From the NCBI GenBank assembly GCA_964536615.1, contig CAZHYG010000001.1:70200-134199 (forward strand): a stretch of 64,000 bases of DNA, read 5' to 3'. This DNA comes from an uncultured Gammaproteobacteria bacterium (lineage in GTDB: Bacteria > Patescibacteriota > Patescibacteriia > Magasanikbacterales > GWA2-37-8). How positions within the stretch are numbered: the stretch's first letter is position 1; the number at the start of each line of letters is the position of its first letter. A program made the position numbers and the translations under genes. The notes beneath the pieces are model-generated. The model made no database searches and had not been told where the DNA came from. It saw nothing but the letters and a program-made list of their open reading frames with translations. This document shows, piece by piece, positions 57,671 to 64,000 of this stretch.

Positions 57671-59749
57671 CTAGTCTAGCTTCACAATAGTGTGAGGTGG
57701 AATTTTGCCTGAAATAACGCCTGTTTGAGGCGAAGATACAGCTTTATTATCTGGTCTTATCGGATCATAACCTTTTAAATCAGGCACCTGATACGCAGCA
57801 GGCTCGTTAACCAAATTGGAACGCTCATACTCAGATGCTGTAGGTTCTTCTAGCTTCATTGGTGTAATTTGCGGTTCAGCAACAACCACGGCATTTTGAA
57901 CCTCCTCTTCCCGCATATCAGGCACGTCTTTTTTTACCGCTTGTTTGTTTGTCTGCATTGCTTGTGACAGGCTAATGCCTTTTTGACCGGCATCTACCAA
58001 TAAAATCGGACTGCCTTGTCCAAGATCAGGTTTCTTTTTTTGATTTTGATTATTATGATGTTGATTTGATTTATTTTTATCTCCGGATGGTTTTGGCGCG
58101 GATGGCTGGCTCTTTCTTTCTTCCGGCTTCTTTTGAGCAGATTGCGGTTGCTGGCCTGGTGTTTTCTCAGCAGGCTTTTTATTTTTATCTCCGGATGGTT
58201 TTGAATTGTTTTGATTTTGCTTATCTTGAGCCGGTTTTTTTTCTGGTGTAAAAATTTTTACCGGCATACCTTCTTCATCTTCGGCATACTCTTCATCATC
58301 ATCTTTTTTTACTTTTTTCTCTGGCATAACATCAATATCTTCGGCACCTCCGTCGCCCTCTTCGTCATCATCAGGTCCACCTGATCCGCCAGCATCCATA
58401 CCTGTCCAACGAATAATTTTATCTTCAATGTTGGCACGGCTGGTTGCATATCGTTCACGAGATACGCGCACCACTTTATCAAAACTGCCTGTAGATAAAT
58501 TGATTGGCGACAAAGTATTAGCAGAAAATGGCTGCGAAGCCACGCCATCAATCATGAGTTTGAGATAAATTTGAAATTTTGTAAGATTCACCAAGTCGGT
58601 TTCCACAAAAGTTGGAGCAAATTCTTTTGCCAAAATTTCAGCATCGGTAGAACCTACTCTAAATGTTACCAGCGTACCAACGTTACCGATTACCGCTGCC
58701 AACACATTCTCATCAAGCTGTTCCATATATTGATGCGCCATAATGAGATCCAGGCGATATTTGCGGGCTTCAGACAAAATGTTTGAAAAACTTTCCGTGG
58801 CAAAGTTTTGAAATTCGTCTACATACAAAAAGAAGTCTTTACGATCTTTTTCAGCGGTATCAACGCGTTCCATGGCTGCTAGCTGAATTTTGGTAATTAA
58901 CATACCGCCCAGCAAACGAGAGTTGTCTTCACCAATTCTACCTTTGGAAAGATTCATGATAAAAATCTTTCGGCTATCCATAATCTCGCGAATGTTGATG
59001 CGCGAGCGAACCTGCGCCACAATATTGCGAATAACTGACGCAGACAAAAATTGACCGATCTTATTTTGCAGCGGCGCAACGGCTTCCTGTTTATAGCGGT
59101 CGTTATATCCGGCAAATTCTGTTTCCCAGAACGCGCGAATTACCGGATCTTTTAAATTGCGCACCACTCGCTTACGGTATGTTTCATCCGCTAACAACCG
59201 ATTAATGCCGAGCAGTGTGGTGTTTGGATATTCTATAAGCGCCAGCAATGTATTGTTTAAGATGTATTCCATGCGCGAACTCCATACATCCGGCCATATT
59301 TTTTTAAATACACCCATCAAACCCGCGGCAACCAAATGGCGATAGCGCGGATCAATTGTTTCTAAAATATTAAAACCAATCGGAAATTCCATGTCCGCCG
59401 GATTAAAATACACAACATCATTTATACGGTGCGGTGGAATATAATCTATAATTTTTTCCGCAAAGTCGCCATGCGGATCTACCACGCCCACTCCATGGCC
59501 GGCATAAATATCGTTAAGCACCATGTTTTCCAGCAACGTTGTCTTGCCCATGCCGGTCTTACCTACTACATACATGTGGCGGCGGCGATCATCCAGTTTT
59601 ATGCCAAATTTACGGTTGCTATTGCGAAAATTAGTAGACGCAAAAAAATTAATATCGGAATTACCGGCTATGTTTTCATTTTTGGCTTTATTTTCATCAT
59701 GATGGTCGCTGCTGCCATGACCAGCATCATGTGAATCATGATTGCTCAT
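57671..59749 (-). CDS. TraD/TraG/VirD4-family (FtsK/HerA superfamily) P-loop ATPase, soluble, with His/Asp-rich N-terminus and about 250-aa disordered, repeat-containing C-terminal tail
   Basis: Walker A (VVGKTGMGKTTLLENM), Walker B (FFLYVDEFQNF) and a TraG-D_C-like segment (RKYRLDLIMAHQYMEQL...GNVGTLVTFRVGS). No TM helices. The tail carries KPSGDKNK direct repeats. Confidence 0.6.
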   Translation of the reverse strand: MSNHDSHDAGHGSSDHHDENKAKNENIAGNSDINFFASTNFRNSNRKFGIKLDDRRRHMYVVGKTGMGKTTLLENMVLNDIYAGHGVGVVDPHGDFAEKIIDYIPPHRINDVVYFNPADMEFPIGFNILETIDPRYRHLVAAGLMGVFKKIWPDVWSSRMEYILNNTLLALIEYPNTTLLGINRLLADETYRKRVVRNLKDPVIRAFWETEFAGYNDRYKQEAVAPLQNKIGQFLSASVIRNIVAQVRSRINIREIMDSRKIFIMNLSKGRIGEDNSRLLGGMLITKIQLAAMERVDTAEKDRKDFFLYVDEFQNFATESFSNILSEARKYRLDLIMAHQYMEQLDENVLAAVIGNVGTLVTFRVGSTDAEILAKEFAPTFVETDLVNLTKFQIYLKLMIDGVASQPFSANTLSPINLSTGSFDKVVRVSRERYATSRANIEDKIIRWTGMDAGGSGGPDDDEEGDGGAEDIDVMPEKKVKKDDDEEYAEDEEGMPVKIFTPEKKPAQDKQNQNNSKPSGDKNKKPAEKTPGQQPQSAQKKPEERKSQPSAPKPSGDKNKSNQHHNNQNQKKKPDLGQGSPILLVDAGQKGISLSQAMQTNKQAVKKDVPDMREEEVQNAVVVAEPQITPMKLEEPTASEYERSNLVNEPAAYQVPDLKGYDPIRPDNKAVSSPQTGVISGKIPPHTIVKLD

Positions 59750-59814
59750 ACAAAAAATATCTTACTGCTACAGTATAACATACCCACAGCATACAGTACA
59801 ACGAACTGAAATGG

Positions 59815-60348
59815 TTACGCGTGATTTCGCACCATATCACGCACCAATGTCCACGCTGCCAAAACTTGACCGTCCCAAATGTCGCCGCGTTTTATCATTT
59901 CCTCAAACTCATCAACACGGCGCACTAACACTTCGGTTTGCTCGTACGCATTTACAACCGGCTGTGCCACCAACGAGAGATCATGGGCAATAAATACATG
60001 AGATTCATCTTTAACTACACCGATGTCTGGTTCGAAACAACCAACTTTAATAAGATTGTCTGCGGTATACCCCGTTTCTTCACACAACTCGCGCAACGCA
60101 CCTTCTGCCGGTGTTTCTCCAGCACCAATGCCGCCACCAGGAAATTCTACACTATATCGATCCGATAAATATCGATATTGGCGCACCAACACCAGCCGAC
60201 CATCATCTAAAATCGGCACCACTAGCGCATTACCGCTAGTTTCAATATAACAATACTCGCCTGGTGAACCATCTGATCTAGTTATCTGATCTTTTTTATA
60301 TTCCCACCATGGATTTTTGTGAATAGTTTCCGAAGAAATTTTGCGCAT
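59815..60348 (-). CDS. NUDIX hydrolase (ADP-ribose/Ap4A pyrophosphatase-like)
   Basis: Nudix box GGGIGAGETPAEGALRELCEETGY. Confidence 0.8.
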   Translation of the reverse strand: MRKISSETIHKNPWWEYKKDQITRSDGSPGEYCYIETSGNALVVPILDDGRLVLVRQYRYLSDRYSVEFPGGGIGAGETPAEGALRELCEETGYTADNLIKVGCFEPDIGVVKDESHVFIAHDLSLVAQPVVNAYEQTEVLVRRVDEFEEMIKRGDIWDGQVLAAWTLVRDMVRNHA

Positions 60349-60357
60349 ATATTATGA

Positions 60358-60765
60358 TTATGAAAATAATTGCGCTACCTGCTTCGGATCTGCATCTGCG
60401 CCATGACTGCGCACAATTGAGTGCATGCTGCCTCCTCCGTCTTTTTCCCAGCGCGGAATGATATGCCAGTGCATATGCGCCACTGCTTGACCCGCCGCCG
60501 ATCCATTATTGATACCAATATTCATAGCGTCCGGATTGATAACTGAACGGACTTTGCCAGCAGCGCTTTGCACGCCCGCCGCCACGCGCATAAAATCTTC
60601 GGTGGAAATATCCCACAAAGACGCACAGTGTTTTTTTGGCACTACCACCGTATGCCCTTTAGCGCACGGAAAAATATCTAAAAACGCCAGTACATGCTCA
60701 TCTTCATATACGGTGTAATTTGGAATTTCTCCAGCAACGATTTTACAAAATAGGCAGTCTTGCAT
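60358..60765 (-). CDS. HIT-family (histidine triad) nucleotide hydrolase
   Basis: CLFCKI N-terminus and HxHxHxx motif (HMHWHIIPR). Confidence 0.9.
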   Translation of the reverse strand: MQDCLFCKIVAGEIPNYTVYEDEHVLAFLDIFPCAKGHTVVVPKKHCASLWDISTEDFMRVAAGVQSAAGKVRSVINPDAMNIGINNGSAAGQAVAHMHWHIIPRWEKDGGGSMHSIVRSHGADADPKQVAQLFS

Positions 60766-60771
60766 ATTAAA

Positions 60772-61797
60772 TTATTGTTGTTTTAAAATTTTATCTACTA
60801 AGAAAAATAATGCTTGCGATGTAGGAACAACCAAATCAGGGCCGGGTAATCCATGTTTTTTTTGACCACCAAAAACCTGATCAATCTTTAAAAGTGCAGG
60901 CAATACATACGTTGCGTTATTTTGAGAATCAAAAATTCTTCTTGGACGAATATCACCTTCAATATCTTTTGGCTGCAACAGCAGTCGCTGTTTTGTATTC
61001 TCAGCGTGGCGATCAACAATATCAGTGCTTTTTAGGCGGGTTGAGCCAAAAAACAAAACATTAACCGTCGCAACATCTGGATTTTTCGCCACACCCAGTG
61101 AAATCATATTTGTGATATCATCTTCTTTAACACCTATTTCTTCTTGAATTTCTCTGCGCATCGCCTGAAATGGATTTATTTTACCATTTACATCGCAATC
61201 GGTGTCATCAACATAGCCAGAAGGCACATGCCAAGCCTCCCCATACGTACCCACTTTATCAGGATGTCGTTTTGCAATAAGTATCCGATTATCTGCGGTA
61301 AGAATCAGGCCGTCAACAGAAAGCGGGGCTGGTTGAAAAAGTTTTTTAAATTTTTCAAATGGAATTGCTTCTTCTGAAAAATTTTGGCAATAAGCTGCAT
61401 ACGCACTCCGCAAACCCTCTTCTCGACCAAGTGCCATAATTTTACCATAGCTTGCAATACCATTTTCAATAAAAATCTCGCAATTTTCACCTGATAACTC
61501 AACGCGAGAAACATGTAATTTAGGATTATCAACAATAGGACGTTTTTGCTGAGCAGCAAGTATTTTATTTTTTTCTTCAATAAAATTATTTACATATTGA
61601 TCAATAAACAATTTTGCATCTAATTCTTGGGGCAAGAGTTTGGTTTCTACAGATTCAATAACATTCATCTGCGATTCAGAAAAATTTCCAGCTACCAACA
61701 GACCAAATCTTTTACGCTCCTCTTCAGTTATTTTAGCAAAATTTTTTTCTGAAATAGTAAACGGGTTTTCTTTTCTTAAAAAATGTTGGCGTTCCAT
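60772..61797 (-). CDS. NUDIX-domain protein with about 170-aa unassigned N-terminal domain
   Basis: Variant Nudix box GYVDDTDCDVNGKINPFQAMRREIQEEIGV. Confidence 0.55.
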   Translation of the reverse strand: MERQHFLRKENPFTISEKNFAKITEEERKRFGLLVAGNFSESQMNVIESVETKLLPQELDAKLFIDQYVNNFIEEKNKILAAQQKRPIVDNPKLHVSRVELSGENCEIFIENGIASYGKIMALGREEGLRSAYAAYCQNFSEEAIPFEKFKKLFQPAPLSVDGLILTADNRILIAKRHPDKVGTYGEAWHVPSGYVDDTDCDVNGKINPFQAMRREIQEEIGVKEDDITNMISLGVAKNPDVATVNVLFFGSTRLKSTDIVDRHAENTKQRLLLQPKDIEGDIRPRRIFDSQNNATYVLPALLKIDQVFGGQKKHGLPGPDLVVPTSQALFFLVDKILKQQ

Positions 61798-61809
61798 ATG
61801 TATAAAATA

Positions 61810-63903
61810 TCACTTAGTTAGAGGAAGTTTAGCTACAGATATAGTATTAAAATTTTTTGAATTACCTAGCCTTTGGTTCTGCATAACCGCCTTTGGAGCC
61901 ACCAACCAGCAATGATCAGAGTTAATTAACGCGCCAATATCGCTCGACAGCTTAATATCAAAATCGCTGCTAAGCCGACTTAAAAATCGCACACGTTCCA
62001 ACTGTCCAAAATTTGCATCAATAGGAAAACCGCCGCCAATAATATTTTTTGATGATATTGCCTCTAACGCGAGCAGAGGATACACATCAGCTAAAACGCA
62101 AGGAGTTGATTGGTTTTTTTCTTGGCTCCAAATGTATTGCATAGCTTGGTACTGATCATCACTTAGTGTGTTCGAATCAGGTCCGAGCGAATACGATCCT
62201 GTTATAGCAAATGAAAACAAGCAAACTGCTACGACAAAAATTACAGACCGATGTTTCAGATGTTTCAATAATGAATTTAGACCATAAAAACAAAGCAGCA
62301 CCAACACTAAAGCAGCTAAACTATCTAAGCGCCGTGATAAAACATGATTACCTATCAAAAAATAGTTAGAAATTTCATAGCCCCCCAATACAACCGATGC
62401 CGCCAACAAAAACCACACACCTAATTTATTTTTATGCCACAATATTTGCCTTGTACCATAGACAGCGGAAAGAAAAACAGCAAGCATAGCTACTACAACC
62501 CACCAGCGCCATGCAATAAAAATATTTGAAATAAAGGCGTTAGACGGCACTTGATTAAAAATAATATTTCCGAACGAAATATCATGCAATCTTGGACCAG
62601 AGGCTAAATATATACCTAAAAAATTTCCCGCACTCTGCTTAACCTGGTCTAACCAGTTAAGATTAAGATCAACATAACTATACCCCACAATCACTTCTAT
62701 TACAGGAATTACCAATATCGCTAAAGCTATCGCGCCTAAAACCAAAAACCAACTAAACGCATGTCGTGCTGAGATATAAGCAATTAATTCCGCCGCTAGC
62801 CAAAGTATCCAAAATAATAAAGCATACAAACTATATCCGCACAGCATGCCAAGACCATAAAAAGCCAACAATAATATCTGACCCGAAACAGATTGTTTAA
62901 ACATTCTTTGTACAATTAATACAAATCCAAATAAAAATATCAAAAAACCAAAATTAACCGGCAGCGAAAACGAACCGGCGGCATGCCATGCAAATGGAAG
63001 CAAGCCGAGCCAAGAAAAAAACAACGACTTTTTTTCATTCCACCCGAACAGCAAGCCGATTTCAAACAGCAGCAGCGGAAATACCAGCGACCAGAGAACC
63101 GGCAAAAACCATTTGGTTATTGCAATCAAGTCAGTATTAAAAATTTGCGCCAACATAATACTGGCTGCCCAAAAATTTCCATAGGACAGCTGTCCGATTT
63201 TTGATTGAAAATTTTCCATTACCGATGAGCTGCGTTCGCCTACACCGGCAAGCTGCGGCTGCAGAAATTTTTTGCCTTCTAAAAATCTTTGCTCGTTAGC
63301 GATATGCCGCCAGCCATCCGCACCGTAGATAAACTTATGCGACATCGGCAGATAGCTGTGCAGTAAAAATGTTTGCAGGATTAAAAAAAATAGAAGTATT
63401 TTTGTTTTTAGCGAGGAAAAGATAAGCAGGCCAAGAGTAAAGGTGGCAATAAAAAAAACATATATATAAAACGGAGATATGGTCTGCCATGGAGCCAGAA
63501 TCGCATCGCCGGAACGAGATTGAGAAAGCAGAATAAATCCATAGATTAGGCATGCAAAAAACACAACAATGCCAAACACGGTCCACGCACCCACCTTCAT
63601 AGCATTATCAGATTTCGCAATACCTGCATCCTGGCTATGACTATTTTTTTTATAACGCAAAGCCGGAACATACAGCAGTCCATTAAGCGCAAGCACGCTG
63701 GCAAATGTAACCGGCTGCCAGGTGAAAAAAATCAGCGCCAAACCGCCAAGCCAGCTGGCTGTTATGCCTACCAAGAACATGCCTAGTATAAAAGTAGAAA
63801 AATTTTTTGCAAAGTTAAAAAAATGCCTAAGCAATAAAGCGGCGAGCTGGCCGAATATAAAGAAATAAATTAACAAAATAACTATCAGCATAGAATAAGA
63901 CAA
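61810..63903 (-). CDS. large polytopic membrane protein (about 14 TM) with C-terminal soluble domain; possible GT-C-type glycosyltransferase
   Basis: Hydrophobicity pattern only. Heads the co-directional string membrane protein - NUDIX-domain protein - HIT - NUDIX. Confidence 0.35.
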   Translation of the reverse strand: MSYSMLIVILLIYFFIFGQLAALLLRHFFNFAKNFSTFILGMFLVGITASWLGGLALIFFTWQPVTFASVLALNGLLYVPALRYKKNSHSQDAGIAKSDNAMKVGAWTVFGIVVFFACLIYGFILLSQSRSGDAILAPWQTISPFYIYVFFIATFTLGLLIFSSLKTKILLFFLILQTFLLHSYLPMSHKFIYGADGWRHIANEQRFLEGKKFLQPQLAGVGERSSSVMENFQSKIGQLSYGNFWAASIMLAQIFNTDLIAITKWFLPVLWSLVFPLLLFEIGLLFGWNEKKSLFFSWLGLLPFAWHAAGSFSLPVNFGFLIFLFGFVLIVQRMFKQSVSGQILLLAFYGLGMLCGYSLYALLFWILWLAAELIAYISARHAFSWFLVLGAIALAILVIPVIEVIVGYSYVDLNLNWLDQVKQSAGNFLGIYLASGPRLHDISFGNIIFNQVPSNAFISNIFIAWRWWVVVAMLAVFLSAVYGTRQILWHKNKLGVWFLLAASVVLGGYEISNYFLIGNHVLSRRLDSLAALVLVLLCFYGLNSLLKHLKHRSVIFVVAVCLFSFAITGSYSLGPDSNTLSDDQYQAMQYIWSQEKNQSTPCVLADVYPLLALEAISSKNIIGGGFPIDANFGQLERVRFLSRLSSDFDIKLSSDIGALINSDHCWLVAPKAVMQNQRLGNSKNFNTISVAKLPLTK

Positions 63904-64000
63904 TTACCTTAAGTATATAGAAGAAACTAAAAACAAACAACTCACATCTTATCCCCTACCCACCCACAGAAAAAGGCATATTTTTCTTGCCAAAAAAAAC

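Noticed and set aside
58060-58215. Direct DNA repeats (ttatttttatctccggatggtttt, two copies) as a possible CRISPR/repeat element
   Set aside because: There are only two copies and they are in frame, encoding the KPSGDKNK peptide repeat of the ATPase tail. This is not a CRISPR array.
1-64000. CRISPR arrays, rRNA, tRNA, IS elements
   Set aside because: No regularly spaced repeats, no rRNA-like conserved stretches, no tRNA T-arm/anticodon-arm patterns, and no transposase motifs (DDE/HUH) were recognised in any frame.

Overview
This is a gene-dense, low-GC (about 35-40%) bacterial window with roughly 65 protein-coding genes. I found no rRNA, tRNA or CRISPR array. The gene content looks like a reduced-genome Patescibacteria/CPR-type organism, inferred from the following:
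- a fermentative module (flavodoxin, 2-oxoacid:ferredoxin oxidoreductase KorAB, ADP-forming acetyl-CoA synthetase)
- a short AlaRS and an RpoA lacking the alpha-CTD
- many nucleotide-sanitizing enzymes (a Ham1-NUDIX fusion, three NUDIX proteins, HIT, MazG)
- no respiratory genes.

Housekeeping blocks present:
- a UvrD-helicase/Cas4-like nuclease fusion (5' partial)
- mreBCD-mrdA, greA, lysS, serS, an FtsQ-like protein
- the KorAB/ACD operon, ddl, gltX, uppS/tagA, clpB
- priA-like, def, fmt
- a ribosomal cluster in canonical order (infA-rpmJ-rpsM-rpsK-rpsD-rpoA-rplQ, then rplM-rpsI)
- alaS, mnmA.

Three segments look accessory or unusual:
1. 13.6-15.1 kb: a roughly 330-bp GC-rich island (about 60% GC) with codon usage foreign to the host. 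It sits in a small minus-strand gene that has its own sigma70-like promoter, an AGGAGG Shine-Dalgarno site, paired palindromes and a terminator, and is followed by a tyrosine recombinase.
2. 40-48.8 kb: a long co-directional minus-strand string carrying a Pif1-like helicase with a C-terminal HTH, a GIY-YIG protein, ArfB, a papain-fold-like protein, a type II R-M pair, MazG and glycosyltransferase/flippase genes.
3. 57.2-59.8 kb: a monocistronic tandem zinc-ribbon gene with a structured 5' leader, and an orphan TraG/VirD4-family ATPase with a long disordered tail.

A CIRCE (HrcA-type) operator overlaps the clpB promoter.
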